A DNA stretch of 18,730 nucleotides. Origin: a virus (taxonomy: Duplodnaviria; Heunggongvirae; Uroviricota; Caudoviricetes). Made by a program: the position numbers and the translations under genes. The stretch lies in IMG/VR virus record IMGVR_UViG_2695420817_000007; one strand, written 5' to 3'. Shown one piece after another: positions 1-9,011 of the stretch; position 1 is the stretch's first letter; each line of letters starts with the position of its first letter. The notes beneath the pieces are model-generated. The model did not search any database and was not told where the DNA came from. It saw only the letters and a list, made by a program, of their open reading frames with translations.

Positions 1-104
1 CCCCGTCAGTAGCTGAACAGGAGGGACAGCTGATAGAAACAGAAGCCACTGGAGCACCTCAAAAACACCATCATACACTAAATCAGTAAGTTGGCAGCAT
101 CACC
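1..104 (-). mobile_element. IS1 insertion sequence, terminal 104 bp (terminal inverted repeat plus first codons of insA); rest of element lies beyond the window start
   Basis: Reverse complement of 1-104 reads GGTGATGCTGCCAACTTACTGATTTAGTGTATGATGGTGTTTTTGAGGTGCTCCAGTGGCTTCTGTTTCTATCAGCTGTCCC..., which matches the IS1 end as I recall it: 23-bp terminal inverted repeat at about 82-104, then the InsA start (GTG at about 49-47, MASVSISCPSC...). Recalled sequence, not searched. Confidence 0.8.
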
Positions 105-124
105 AAACTGTTGAGGTTTCTACT

Positions 125-1363
125 TTATAAAGAATTGCTACTTTCTAATTCTGGGTTTCTGGATCTATTTTTACAACCTAAATCCGAGTGGTAATTCGGT
201 ATATCGTTTGTCAAATCTTGTTTGATAGCATTAATTAAGATCATTATGTCGAATTTATGCATATCGTCGCCCCCTTCAGACCTTAGATGTTCGGATGTGG
301 TGAGTTGAGTCGCTAATTTGCTGTTTGGCCCCCACACAATATTATTTTCGAATTTTCCTTCATGCATTCTGTTATTATATATACAGTATTGTCTAATGTT
401 TAATGCACTGGCTAAATGTACAATGGCAGTATCTACAGTTATAACAAAATCAGCATGGCGAACCAATGCAAATGAACATCCGGCATCAGAAAATGGAGAT
501 AGAGACACATTATCCAATCCATTGTGATTAATCTGTTTTCCCATATTAAAAACTATTGTGTGATATCCCTTAAGGTTATTAAGGTAAGCTAGTACTTTGT
601 TTATCTGTTCATCAGATAAGGTTCTGCTATTCTGAGAGCCATAAGGGTTAAATATAACTAATTTTTTGTTTTTCTTCCTGAATTCATTTGCAACAATATT
701 TGCTGGTTCATATATTTTGTTGTCAAAATTAAGCGCTGCAGCATAATTATTATTTTTTATCTTTAGTAAAGATAAAACTTTTTTCATTCTTTCAGATGTG
801 TGAATGGAACGATTATCGATTATATTTGTATCAAAAATAGTTACGGCAGGATGATTAAAACAGATAGAGTGTTTAGGTCTAAGTAAATGTAGTGTTTGCA
901 ATCTGGTTATCGCTGTGTTATCAAAATTTGAGAAGTCAACAACAAGATCTACATTCAGTTTTTTTATCTTTGCTTTTAGTTCGTTAAATTTATTTTTCTC
1001 GTAAGATATAAAGGCATCCACGCCAACAATATCAGTAAAGAGGAATGATACTCTTGAAGGTGCTATCACATATACCACCATACCGGATTTTTGAAGTTGT
1101 TTAATAAACCCTGAGGTAACGATGCCGTCACCAATGGCTTGCATGTGCATGAAAATGCACACTGTTTTATAACTATCCGGCTGTAATGATGTTTTCCTTC
1201 TGTATCGCATTTTTAGAAATGCCAGTCTGGCCTTCGTCTTTATCTTTTTTGTTTTAATATTTCGCTGTCTGTTAAGCTGTTTTAATGATGAAATAACATT
1301 CATAATGGTACCCTGAAATTCCAAATCACACATGTCATCCGAAATGAGCAGGGTACTATACAA
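125..1363 (-). CDS. Glycosyltransferase family 9-like protein (ADP-heptose:LPS heptosyltransferase fold) with N- and C-terminal extensions; accessory cargo gene
   Basis: ORF of 412 aa, about 30% GC against about 55% in flanking phage genes. Shows the spaced GT9 pattern by eye: KTVCIFMHMQAIGDGIV (N-terminal strand plus GD motif), KKLVIFNPYGSQNSRTLSDEQ (second Rossmann half), FVITVDTAIVHLASAL (the xDSGxxHLAAAL-type motif). Track start is a TTG; in-frame ATGs at 1333 and 1303 are more plausible starts. About 60 C-terminal residues lie beyond the GT9 core. Confidence 0.6.
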   Translation of the reverse strand: MYSTLLISDDMCDLEFQGTIMNVISSLKQLNRQRNIKTKKIKTKARLAFLKMRYRRKTSLQPDSYKTVCIFMHMQAIGDGIVTSGFIKQLQKSGMVVYVIAPSRVSFLFTDIVGVDAFISYEKNKFNELKAKIKKLNVDLVVDFSNFDNTAITRLQTLHLLRPKHSICFNHPAVTIFDTNIIDNRSIHTSERMKKVLSLLKIKNNNYAAALNFDNKIYEPANIVANEFRKKNKKLVIFNPYGSQNSRTLSDEQINKVLAYLNNLKGYHTIVFNMGKQINHNGLDNVSLSPFSDAGCSFALVRHADFVITVDTAIVHLASALNIRQYCIYNNRMHEGKFENNIVWGPNSKLATQLTTSEHLRSEGGDDMHKFDIMILINAIKQDLTNDIPNYHSDLGCKNRSRNPELESSNSL

Positions 1364-1397
1364 AAAACTGGACTACAATGGTTTGAAATGAAAGCCT

Positions 1398-1997
1398 TTA
1401 TGCTTGTTTACTCCTTGATTCCACTGGGGAAGCTGGCCACTCAATATCCGGTGCTCTTGATGTATCAACACGGTTCAGCAGCACTCGATACTTCTTCCAG
1501 GCTTCCAGCAACGAGATTTCTTCCTCCGTTGCGATTTCCAGATCTACAGCATCCTGAAGTGGCGCAATATGCTCACTGGCTACCTGCATCAGGCTGTTTT
1601 TTGTTTCTTCTGCCTCCCGGATCCGGAACAGTTTTTCTGCTTCCGTATCCTTCACCCAGGCTGTGCCGTTCCACTTCTGATATTCCCCTTCCGGCGACGA
1701 CCAGGTAACATTTTCCGGTAACGGACCGAGTTCAGAAATAAATAACGCGTCGCCGGAAGCCACGTCATAAACCGTTTTACCACGATGATCTTCAACGAGA
1801 TGCCAAGACGCCCCATCACTGTTGAAAACAGCCACGAAGCCAGCTGGAATATCTGGCGGAGCAATATCAGTACTATTTGCAGGCAGACCTGTATGAGGTG
1901 GAATGTATGCATCATCTTCACCAATAAATTCATTGGTTCCGACCAGCAGATTATAAATTTTTATGGTTCGTGGTTGTTCACTCATTCTGAATGCCAT
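1398..1997 (-). CDS. G: Tail fibre assembly protein (P2 gpG-like chaperone)
   Basis: 199-aa ORF immediately downstream of the tail fibre gene with 1-nt junction; tail fibre assembly position and size. Confidence 0.8.
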   Translation of the reverse strand: MAFRMSEQPRTIKIYNLLVGTNEFIGEDDAYIPPHTGLPANSTDIAPPDIPAGFVAVFNSDGASWHLVEDHRGKTVYDVASGDALFISELGPLPENVTWSSPEGEYQKWNGTAWVKDTEAEKLFRIREAEETKNSLMQVASEHIAPLQDAVDLEIATEEEISLLEAWKKYRVLLNRVDTSRAPDIEWPASPVESRSKQA

Positions 1998-4108
1998 TAT
2001 GCAAGCCTCACAATATAGTTAAATGCGATGTTTTTTACGGTGTTTTCCGCGTTGCCATAAGCGGCAATGGTAATGGTGTGTGTGTGCGAACCAATAGCGA
2101 GCGTATGTGTATGCGCACCTATTGCTACTGTGTGAGTATGAGCTCCTGCGCTTAATACGCGATTACTTGCTGCCTTGCTTGTGTTAGTTGCATGCATTCC
2201 ACCACCGGTACCGGGAGTTTCTGCGTATGCTGAAGTATTGTTGTAAGCAAAGTTGTGTGTATGTGCTCCGGTGTTATTTGTGGATTTAGTTCCGTAATCA
2301 AACGACGATGTGGTTTTCGTCCCCAAATCCGTACTGGATGCGCTGGCGCTGTGGGTGTGCGATTTAATGCCGTCCTGTTCCTGAGACAATACGGCCCGAC
2401 CACTGGCAGGTTTGCCCTTAATCGTCCAGCCACGCATATCAGGGATCACGCCTGACGGATAAGCGACTGCAAGTTTCGGGTAGGCAGATTTGTCAAAAGT
2501 CTGCCCCTGCATCAGGGCATAACCAGACGGAACGGTATCCGATGGCCACGGGATTGGTGCGCCAGGCGGATAAAACTGCTCTGATGGCGTATAGAGTGAA
2601 TAAACTGTACCGTCCGTTAACCCTTCCGGCTTATTAGCAGAATATGCTGGTGACGTATGAATCGTCACGCTGGCATTACTGGTATAATCCCATTGAATAT
2701 TTACACCAGTCGCATAATTTCCGATTGCAACGTAAATATCGTAAGTATCACCAGATGTATTGACCCAGGCAAAATTTGTAAACCCTGCCGATGTGCGCTG
2801 CCATAAAGCACCAGTAATCCCCTTCGGATTACCATTACCTGCACGCAAAACAATTTCAGATATACCTGCCTGTTGAGGTGAACCGACGTTATATCCAGCG
2901 CCACCAATCAACGTAATTGAAACAACAGAACTCGCCTGTGGCATGGTTACCGTTGCTAATTTGAACCAACCAGCACCACCTCTGAATGACATTGTTGTTG
3001 AGTTAAGCGTACCAATATCTTTCGGTGTCAGTGTTATATCCGCTGAAAGCGCCTTACCATTCACCTTACGGGCAGAAGGTACCCGACCATTCGCATTGTC
3101 ATTAGCTGCTTTCACTGCTTTCGGTGTCGCAGCAAGCGTTTCAGATGCGCTGTTAGTCGCGCTGCTTAGCTGGACAATTCCTTTTTGTGCTGTCGTAGCG
3201 TCCTGAGCGGTATATTTCCCGTTAGCAAGGTCATAGGCTGCCTTTACCGACTTTGGCGTTGCCGCCAGCGTTTCAGACGTGCTGTTGGTGGCGCTACTGA
3301 GCTGGACAAGGCCTTTCCGCGCTGTGGTGGCATCCTGCGCAGTATATTTCCCGTTAGCAAGGTCATATGCTGCCTTTACCGCCATTGGTGTTGCCGCCAG
3401 CGTTTCTGAATCGCTGTTGGTGGCGCTACTGAGCTGGACAAGTCCTTTCCGCGCTGTAGTGGCGTCCTGTGCGGTATATTTCCCGTTAGCAAGGTCATAG
3501 GCTGCCTTGACCGCTTTCGGCGTTGCGGCCAGTGCTTCAGACGTGCTGTTGGTGGCGCTACTGAGTTGAACAAAGCCTTTTGCAGTCAGCGAGGCGTCCG
3601 GGTGACGTCGTGACTGTTCATGCTCTTTCAGTTTGTCATCCACGTAATCCACTGTGGCCATCACCATGGTGTTATCCACGGTAAGCGCCACGGTGGCCGT
3701 GCTGGATACGGTCAGAATGGTGCGAAATGTTTGTGCACGTCCGGACCCTTCGGCAACGGTTGGTTTGTAACTTTCGGCAGTATTGCCCACCGCGATTAAA
3801 TCGCCGTGCTCATCAAATACACCAATTTCCCGGATCCAGAATCCGCCCGTTTCAGGAGGAATAACCAGCTCTGCAATAATGCGGTTCTGATGTGTTGCGT
3901 CCAGGATGACGCGATTAACAGTGTGTCGCCACACCTCATGCACAAGACGGGTCTGCTTACTGTCTGGCGAGGGCAACGTGCCGCCGCCGTCACCCACGGC
4001 CATGTGAGTCAGGCGGACCGGTTTACCATCTGGTGTGGCTGCCTGCGCTAATTTTTTTTCACCCGTATCGGTGATAACGGTTTTAAATTTTCGTGTTGTG
4101 GTACTCAT
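1997..4108 (-). CDS. H: Tail fibre protein (P2 gpH-like) with internal tandem repeats and His-rich C-terminal tip
   Basis: 703 aa. N-terminus (MAVGDGGG...HEVWRH...[10 protein letters not shown]...GGFWIRE...AESYKP...[18 protein letters not shown]) matches the conserved gpH N-terminal domain as I recall it. Central 44-aa tandem repeats and C-terminal HTH/HxH repeats are visible. Confidence 0.9.
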   Translation of the reverse strand: MSTTTRKFKTVITDTGEKKLAQAATPDGKPVRLTHMAVGDGGGTLPSPDSKQTRLVHEVWRHTVNRVILDATHQNRIIAELVIPPETGGFWIREIGVFDEHGDLIAVGNTAESYKPTVAEGSGRAQTFRTILTVSSTATVALTVDNTMVMATVDYVDDKLKEHEQSRRHPDASLTAKGFVQLSSATNSTSEALAATPKAVKAAYDLANGKYTAQDATTARKGLVQLSSATNSDSETLAATPMAVKAAYDLANGKYTAQDATTARKGLVQLSSATNSTSETLAATPKSVKAAYDLANGKYTAQDATTAQKGIVQLSSATNSASETLAATPKAVKAANDNANGRVPSARKVNGKALSADITLTPKDIGTLNSTTMSFRGGAGWFKLATVTMPQASSVVSITLIGGAGYNVGSPQQAGISEIVLRAGNGNPKGITGALWQRTSAGFTNFAWVNTSGDTYDIYVAIGNYATGVNIQWDYTSNASVTIHTSPAYSANKPEGLTDGTVYSLYTPSEQFYPPGAPIPWPSDTVPSGYALMQGQTFDKSAYPKLAVAYPSGVIPDMRGWTIKGKPASGRAVLSQEQDGIKSHTHSASASSTDLGTKTTSSFDYGTKSTNNTGAHTHNFAYNNTSAYAETPGTGGGMHATNTSKAASNRVLSAGAHTHTVAIGAHTHTLAIGSHTHTITIAAYGNAENTVKNIAFNYIVRLA
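3089..3595 (-). repeat. About 3.7 tandem copies of a 132-bp (44-aa) repeat inside the tail fibre gene
   Basis: Protein repeat KG(F/L/I)[37 protein letters not shown](R/Q) at aa 177-220, 221-264, 265-308, partial 309-340. The same periodicity shows on the plus strand as repeated antisense ORF peptides ([27 protein letters not shown]). Confidence 0.85.
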
Positions 4109-4110
4109 GC

Positions 4111-4641
4111 TTAATCGTCCGGATAAATGGTAATGACTTCACCGTCGTAAGTTGCTGCCGCCGCGAAAATATCCCCCGGAATTTCCTGAATGATATTCAG
4201 CCCTGTCATGTGGCGGCTGACCGGGCGGGCATCAGCAATCAACCGCTCCATTTCCAGATACATTTCCTCCGTCACGCCACTGTCCAGCGTGCCGACTTCA
4301 ACGGTAAATGTTCCCGGTTCTCCGCCGAACTCCCACCACTCAGACACGCGAATGAGGTATCCCAGCGGCTCAATGGCCCGGCGCAGTGCGCTGATGGTTC
4401 CTTTGTGTCGGTGTATCAGCCATGCATCACGAATCACCTGTCGCTTTGTCTCTTCCGGCCAGTTGCGATCCCAGCGGTCAACGGAAAATGCCCAGGCGAG
4501 ATAAGGCAGCAGATGCACCGGGCAGGTGTCCGGTGACCACAGCGTGTTGAGGTCTACCGGGATGTCTGTAATGCGCGCTCCGACAGCTTCGGCGCAACGC
4601 ATGAAATTGCTGGCTGATGGCGGTAACAGTGAATTACTCAT
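4111..4641 (-). CDS. I: Tail/baseplate protein I (P2 gpI-like)
   Basis: Track ORF 4111-4674; likely true start is the internal Met ([10 protein letters not shown]...) at 4641, giving 176 aa. Conserved [15 protein letters not shown] and [12 protein letters not shown] segments match gpI as recalled. Confidence 0.85.
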   Translation of the reverse strand: MSNSLLPPSASNFMRCAEAVGARITDIPVDLNTLWSPDTCPVHLLPYLAWAFSVDRWDRNWPEETKRQVIRDAWLIHRHKGTISALRRAIEPLGYLIRVSEWWEFGGEPGTFTVEVGTLDSGVTEEMYLEMERLIADARPVSRHMTGLNIIQEIPGDIFAAAATYDGEVITIYPDD

Positions 4642-5530
4642 TACGCCCACCTTCGCTGATGGTGAATGACTCACAGCGCGCCGCCTGTATGTCGCTGATG
4701 GCCATATTCTGTGTGGGTTCGATTATCTCCACGCGTTGCACACCGTGCACATGCAGTGCGGCAGCAATGGCGGACAACGCCACGTCCTGACCGATAAGCC
4801 CCTGCTCAGCCAGCCACTTCCTGAACGACGATTCAGCTGCGGCCAGAATAGGTTCGGATTCCGGGCCGGGGTAAAAGTACAGTTTTGCATTCAGCCGCCA
4901 TGTCACGATTCTGGCGCTCTGTACCGTCAGGCGGTCGGCCACCGGGCGGGTATCCTCTGCATTCAGAACGGCGCGAACGGTATTAAGCAACGCCTCCGTT
5001 GCTGTGCCGTCGCCTTCAGTGGACAGGATGGAAACCGTCACATTGGCCGGAGACGGACTGATAGCCCGCGCATCACGCACCAGACCGCTGGCGCTGCGGG
5101 CAAAATACTCGTATGCACCTGACGGGCCAGCAACACTCAGGCCGTCGTACGCCCGCTGCGCCCGCAGTCTAAGCGAGGTGTCGCTCTCCATCACCGCGTC
5201 GGTGGTATCCGTTGCCGGAGTGATAACCAGGCGCTTTGTGTTCATATTGCCCGCGAGGTTGTCCAGGTCTGTCCCGGCGCTGTGGCTTAACATGCAGGCG
5301 CGTGCACCCTCATTGACCCGCTGGCGTAACAGCATTTCACGAAACGCTGTTGTCTGGGCGATAACGTTAAGGGGTTCCGATTCCAGCTCCAGCGCGGCGG
5401 AAACGGCTTCACGCTGTTCGGCGGGATAGGACGCAATCATCATGGCTTTTGTGTCAGCCAGAATTGCTTCAAAGTCAGGCTCCGCGATGATGGCGGGTTC
5501 CGGTAACTGGGAAAGGTCAACGGCGGGCAT
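4634..5530 (-). CDS. J: Baseplate assembly protein J (P2 gpJ-like)
   Basis: 298 aa; MPAVDLSQLPEP start, RVTVQSA and HVHGVQRVE segments match gpJ; correct position between W and I. Confidence 0.9.
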   Translation of the reverse strand: MPAVDLSQLPEPAIIAEPDFEAILADTKAMMIASYPAEQREAVSAALELESEPLNVIAQTTAFREMLLRQRVNEGARACMLSHSAGTDLDNLAGNMNTKRLVITPATDTTDAVMESDTSLRLRAQRAYDGLSVAGPSGAYEYFARSASGLVRDARAISPSPANVTVSILSTEGDGTATEALLNTVRAVLNAEDTRPVADRLTVQSARIVTWRLNAKLYFYPGPESEPILAAAESSFRKWLAEQGLIGQDVALSAIAAALHVHGVQRVEIIEPTQNMAISDIQAARCESFTISEGGRNE

Positions 5531-5533
5531 GAT

Positions 5534-5884
5534 TTACTCCCTCAGCGTGATGGTTAATTCAACATTCTGCATGGTCTGCATGACAGTGCCCGACAGCGTC
5601 ACCCCGGCGCGGCCTCCTGCCTTCCAGACAACGTCGATGGCGTCCAGGGCAATGCGGGGTTCCCATCGTGTCAGTGCAATCACGGCAGCACTCATGCATT
5701 GCAGACGCGTGGTGTTATTCATGGGTTCGTCAATCAAATCAGGCAAAAGGCTGCCATATTCCCGTCGCATAACCCGGCTTGCCAGCGGGGTGGTCAGGAT
5801 GTCCCTGACTGACTGTTTCAGGTGCTCCATATCGTTCAGGTTTCCCGTCCCGTCCGGGTTCATTCCTGTGTAGCGGGTTGTCAC
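5534..5884 (-). CDS. W: Baseplate protein W (GPW/gp25 family)
   Basis: 116 aa; size and position between V and J; lysozyme-like gp25 family pattern. Confidence 0.85.
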   Translation of the reverse strand: MTTRYTGMNPDGTGNLNDMEHLKQSVRDILTTPLASRVMRREYGSLLPDLIDEPMNNTTRLQCMSAAVIALTRWEPRIALDAIDVVWKAGGRAGVTLSGTVMQTMQNVELTITLRE

Positions 5885-6462
5885 TGCGGGCCTCCTGTCG
5901 AATCGCTGCCACCTTTAACGCCACCGTGCTTATGTGTATGCACTGTGATGCCGTTTGAGGTGAAATTGCCGCCGCTGTGCGTGATATTGCCGCTCATCTT
6001 TCCCCCTTTTGTGACGTCAAGCGTCGCCGTTCTCAGAAGGTTTGTGCATTCCACGACGGGCGTGTCCAGTGTCACGCTGACGGATGCCTGCAGGCTGGCT
6101 GTTTTCATGCCGCTGGCGCTCAGTGCGCCTGCGTCCGCGTCGTAGCGGAACACCGCGCCATCCGGCGCGCTGACCACGATTTCTTTCAGGCTTTTGCCGG
6201 GGGCCGGACTGGCATCACTCCACAGGCTGCCAATTATCATGGCGGTTTCCGGGTTGCCGCCGATGCAGGCAATGACCACCTGTTCGCCGGGTGATGGCGG
6301 CAGCCACACATTGAAGGCTCCCGCGCGCGTGGTGTTCCAGCGTAACCAGCCTGTTTCCAGTTCGCCGCTGCGAACGCGCACGCACCAGGACTTCTCATCA
6401 ACTTCAGAGATGATCCCGGTGCGGATGACATTGCTCAGCAGTCGCATGAGTTCTGCGCTCAC
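5881..6462 (-). CDS. V: Baseplate assembly protein V (spike)
   Basis: 193 aa; gpV-like N-terminus (IRTGIISEVD...) and Gly-rich C-terminus; 4-nt overlap with W. Confidence 0.85.
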   Translation of the reverse strand: MSAELMRLLSNVIRTGIISEVDEKSWCVRVRSGELETGWLRWNTTRAGAFNVWLPPSPGEQVVIACIGGNPETAMIIGSLWSDASPAPGKSLKEIVVSAPDGAVFRYDADAGALSASGMKTASLQASVSVTLDTPVVECTNLLRTATLDVTKGGKMSGNITHSGGNFTSNGITVHTHKHGGVKGGSDSTGGPQ

Positions 6463-7103
6463 CGTACAGCCTCCGCAATCCGGCCCAGCACCGTGTTATA
6501 AATCAGGCGCTCATCTGCCTGGCTGATACCCAGCAGCTCACGTACCGGGTAATCGGTGAAAATGCCCGGCGCAACCTGATCGCGCTCACCGAACTGATGA
6601 ACGCGTGCAATACGTGCGGCCACGCCGCTGTAACCCACCGTCACACCGGAAGCATCTGCACGGGTTTTCAGGTAGCGGGCGGTGCGCAGTTTTACGAACA
6701 TGGGGACGCGCCTGGTGCTGTCCTGGTTGATGCGCCGGGTGCGTATTTCCAGAAAACGGTCGATGTCATCCCGGTAAAACGTGCGGATATTGTTTTTATC
6801 CTCATCCCACCCGGTAATGGTTCGCCCGTATTTCCCCGTGTCGTGATGCCAGTTTTTCAGCGTGCGTGCTTCGTTATTCCAGATAAAGCGAATGCGTTCC
6901 TGTATCCGGGTTACGCGGCGTCTGCGTGGTGTCCACGCGGTCCCGTCCGGCGCTTTCTGTGACCGGATACGCGCCTGCTGGGCGCGGCGTAAATCCTGTG
7001 CCAGCTTTCTGGCGATGTTATTGATGGCCTGCTGATTCAGGCTGTCGCGGATGGCCTCAAAGGTTTCATCCACGCGGGTGAATGCCTTATCCATCGCTTT
7101 CAC
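6459..7103 (-). CDS. S: Virion morphogenesis / tail completion protein (P2 gpS-like)
   Basis: 214 aa in the S position between R and V; basic Arg-rich protein typical of this family; longer than P2 gpS. Confidence 0.7.
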   Translation of the reverse strand: MKAMDKAFTRVDETFEAIRDSLNQQAINNIARKLAQDLRRAQQARIRSQKAPDGTAWTPRRRRVTRIQERIRFIWNNEARTLKNWHHDTGKYGRTITGWDEDKNNIRTFYRDDIDRFLEIRTRRINQDSTRRVPMFVKLRTARYLKTRADASGVTVGYSGVAARIARVHQFGERDQVAPGIFTDYPVRELLGISQADERLIYNTVLGRIAEAVR

Positions 7104-7554
7104 CCCACGTCACATCCTGGAATACATGCGACCAGTCGCCTTCGGAAGAGGGCAGACGGGGTTTTGGCTCCGGCAGGTGTTCTGCCTGCGGTGTGCCCTG
7201 ACTGTTGCGCGTGATGCGAACGCGTTCCCGCAGGGGGAGCGTAAACAGGAGGTCGGCGCTGTCATCGTCATTGATAACGGCGGAGAATTTGATGTCCTGA
7301 TTACGCTCAGGGTTGAGCAGCAACTGTGGCTGATTTTCGGATAACCACGCCAGCAGCGGCAGCGTGAGGTCATCCAGCTCCCCGGCGTAATCCATGACAA
7401 ACATCACCATCTGATAGCGGTAAACAAACGAGGGCGTTTCTCCGGTCGTTTCAATGTTGCCGCTCTCCACGAAAATGGTGAATTTTTCCGGGTTGGCCTG
7501 ACACCATCGGCATGAACGGGTCATGGCTTCACGCAGGGAATCAGTTTTCAGCAT
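7087..7554 (-). CDS. R: Tail completion protein R (P2 gpR-like)
   Basis: 155 aa, same length as P2 gpR; N-terminus MLKTDSLREA...NPEKFTIFVESGNIE resembles gpR (MLKPDSLRRA...). Confidence 0.85.
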   Translation of the reverse strand: MLKTDSLREAMTRSCRWCQANPEKFTIFVESGNIETTGETPSFVYRYQMVMFVMDYAGELDDLTLPLLAWLSENQPQLLLNPERNQDIKFSAVINDDDSADLLFTLPLRERVRITRNSQGTPQAEHLPEPKPRLPSSEGDWSHVFQDVTWGESDG

Positions 7555-7831
7555 GGTTGTTGTCCTCGTTGTTCAGTCGTTGCAGCCTGCGCTGTTCCAG
7601 TAATTCAATGGCCCGTTTATCCGCGTTACAGGTTTCCAGTGCATCCAGAAGGCGGTCGCCCCATATACCGAGATTTCCCCATGTGGGAGTGTCAGGGAAG
7701 GGGGGAGGCGTTACCGGTATGGTCAGCGTCTGCGGTATAAGCCGGACTGACGGCGCTGGCCGTGGCGCGTTCTGCGTGCCTGCGCAACCTGTCAGTAAAA
7801 CGAGCGTCAGGCAAAGCGTGGGCGCATTCAT
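7541..7831 (-). CDS. lysC: Rz1-like outer-membrane lipoprotein spanin (LysC-like), out of frame over the 3' end of lysB and running into the R start
   Basis: Signal peptide with lipobox MNAPTLCLTLVLLTGC followed by a Pro-rich segment; track ORF 7541-7861, start taken at the second Met (7831). Confidence 0.7.
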   Translation of the reverse strand: MNAPTLCLTLVLLTGCAGTQNAPRPAPSVRLIPQTLTIPVTPPPFPDTPTWGNLGIWGDRLLDALETCNADKRAIELLEQRRLQRLNNEDNNHAEN

Positions 7832-8099
7832 CTTTTGCAATATCGTTGCGTAGCTGTTCACGTCTGGCCTCTCCGTCCTGATTGCGTTGCTGATTTTCCG
7901 CGCGGAGTTGTGCCAGCACCTGCTGCATATCCTGTACCCCGGCGCTGATGATATTCAGGGTGTCGACGGTACTTTTCAGGGTGCTGGCCTGCGCTTCGTT
8001 TCTGGCGTTCTCCCGGCCCAGTGACCACGACAGACGCATGGATGCTCCCCAGGCGGCAATCAGAAGAAAAGCGACGCCCAGCGTGGGCCAGAGCTTCAT
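7692..8099 (-). CDS. lysB: Rz-like inner-membrane spanin (LysB-like)
   Basis: Track ORF 7692-8243 has an implausible extension overlapping the endolysin gene. The internal Met at 8099 (MKLWPTLGVAFLLIAAWGASM...) gives an N-terminal transmembrane helix then a coiled-coil-like segment (QQVLAQLRAENQQRNQ). Its ATG overlaps the endolysin stop (ATGA). Confidence 0.75.
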   Translation of the reverse strand: MKLWPTLGVAFLLIAAWGASMRLSWSLGRENARNEAQASTLKSTVDTLNIISAGVQDMQQVLAQLRAENQQRNQDGEARREQLRNDIAKDECAHALPDARFTDRLRRHAERATASAVSPAYTADADHTGNASPLP

Positions 8100-8488
8100 G
8101 CCGGATAAACTCCGTGCGGTAACTGAAAATGCGGTCCGTCTTTCAGGGTCTTCCAGTCGCCGCCCCATTCCACCGGAATATTCAGTTCCCGGCTGGCCTG
8201 TCTGAATGCTGCTGCGATTTTTTCGTACAGCGGCCATTCCCATGACACCTGGCTGCCGACATAAGCCACAACATCCACGGCATGCCCCGTAAGGTGGCGG
8301 CTGTTCATGGTCTGGCTCTTACCCGTGGCCACAAGTTGCTTCTGGCGGTAACGGCTGCGCAACCCTTCGGTGATACCAAAATCCACTTCCGAAATTTCCA
8401 GTGCCCGTCGGGTCACTTTCACCAGCTCAGGATTTACGCCCTGCAAATTCTTTTCGCTCCGGCTGCTGAATTTAAATGTGTTGCTCAT
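8096..8488 (-). CDS. Endolysin, peptidase M15 family (L-alanyl-D-glutamate / D-Ala-D-Ala peptidase type)
   Basis: 130 aa; contains the zinc-binding signature SRHLTGHAVD (SxHxxGxAxD); sits between holin and spanins. Confidence 0.85.
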   Translation of the reverse strand: MSNTFKFSSRSEKNLQGVNPELVKVTRRALEISEVDFGITEGLRSRYRQKQLVATGKSQTMNSRHLTGHAVDVVAYVGSQVSWEWPLYEKIAAAFRQASRELNIPVEWGGDWKTLKDGPHFQLPHGVYPA

Positions 8489-8808
8489 TCGTCCTTCTCC
8501 TTCACCCTGCGATTAAAGGCCGCAATAACCTTGTCGCGTGCTTTCTCTGCCCCCATAAAACCGATTGATGCGCCGATAAACGTCACGGCATCTTCAGGAA
8601 AACCGAAGAAGCGCAACGACCCGGCCACGGCCATGGCGAGAACGCCGCACGCCAGCGATCCCGTTACGGTCTGAACCAGTGTTCGTCCGTCATAAAGACT
8701 CATCAGCGCGGAAATGCTGACCGCCGCGCCTGCTGCATACACCGTTGGCAGGTGGTCAAAGAGCCATGCAATAACCTGCTCTGTGATCCCTGTTTGAATG
8801 GTGTTCAC
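8485..8808 (-). CDS. Holin (putative), GTG start
   Basis: Track ORF 8485-9027 has a long improbable N-terminal extension overlapping gene X. A GTG at about 8808, preceded by GGGGGAG, gives a 107-aa membrane protein with hydrophobic segments (VYAAGAAVSISALMSLY, GSLACGVLAMAVAGSL) and a charged C-tail, directly upstream of the endolysin. Confidence 0.65.
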   Translation of the reverse strand: MNTIQTGITEQVIAWLFDHLPTVYAAGAAVSISALMSLYDGRTLVQTVTGSLACGVLAMAVAGSLRFFGFPEDAVTFIGASIGFMGAEKARDKVIAAFNRRVKEKDE

Positions 8809-8810
8809 TG

Positions 8811-9011
8811 CTACTCCCCCCACAACTGAATCATTTCTCGTTTCTTCTTCTCCGGCTCCGGCATCTCCACGTCCTGCCCGGCGTCCAGAAATACCTGCTG
8901 ACAGAGTCCGGGGTTGGCATCCAGCACCTTTTCGGTGACGCCCTGCGTCGTGCCGTAGTACCGGAAACAGAGCGAATCCACGGTGTCGCCTTCCAGTGCC
9001 TTCACTTTCAT
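8811..9011 (-). CDS. X: Tail protein X (P2 gpX-like)
   Basis: 66 aa from the internal Met MKVKALEGDTVDSLCFRYYGTTQGVTEKVLDANPGL..., closely resembling P2 gpX (MKTFALQGDTLDAICVRYYGRTEGVVETVLAANPGL). Confidence 0.85.
   Translation of the reverse strand: MKVKALEGDTVDSLCFRYYGTTQGVTEKVLDANPGLCQQVFLDAGQDVEMPEPEKKKREMIQLWGE

Noticed and set aside
318-527. 69-aa plus-strand ORF inside the AT-rich cargo gene
   Set aside because: Antisense to the GT9-like ORF; AT-rich DNA yields random short ORFs; no ribosome-binding site.
1388-1933. ORFs 1388-1708 (+) and 1652-1933 (-) overlapping the tail fibre assembly gene
   Set aside because: Alternative-frame shadow ORFs within a gene whose product is recognisable; no start signals.
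2943-3500. Plus-strand ORFs of 73-87 aa with repeated peptide sequences
   Set aside because: Antisense artefacts of the tail fibre tandem repeats.
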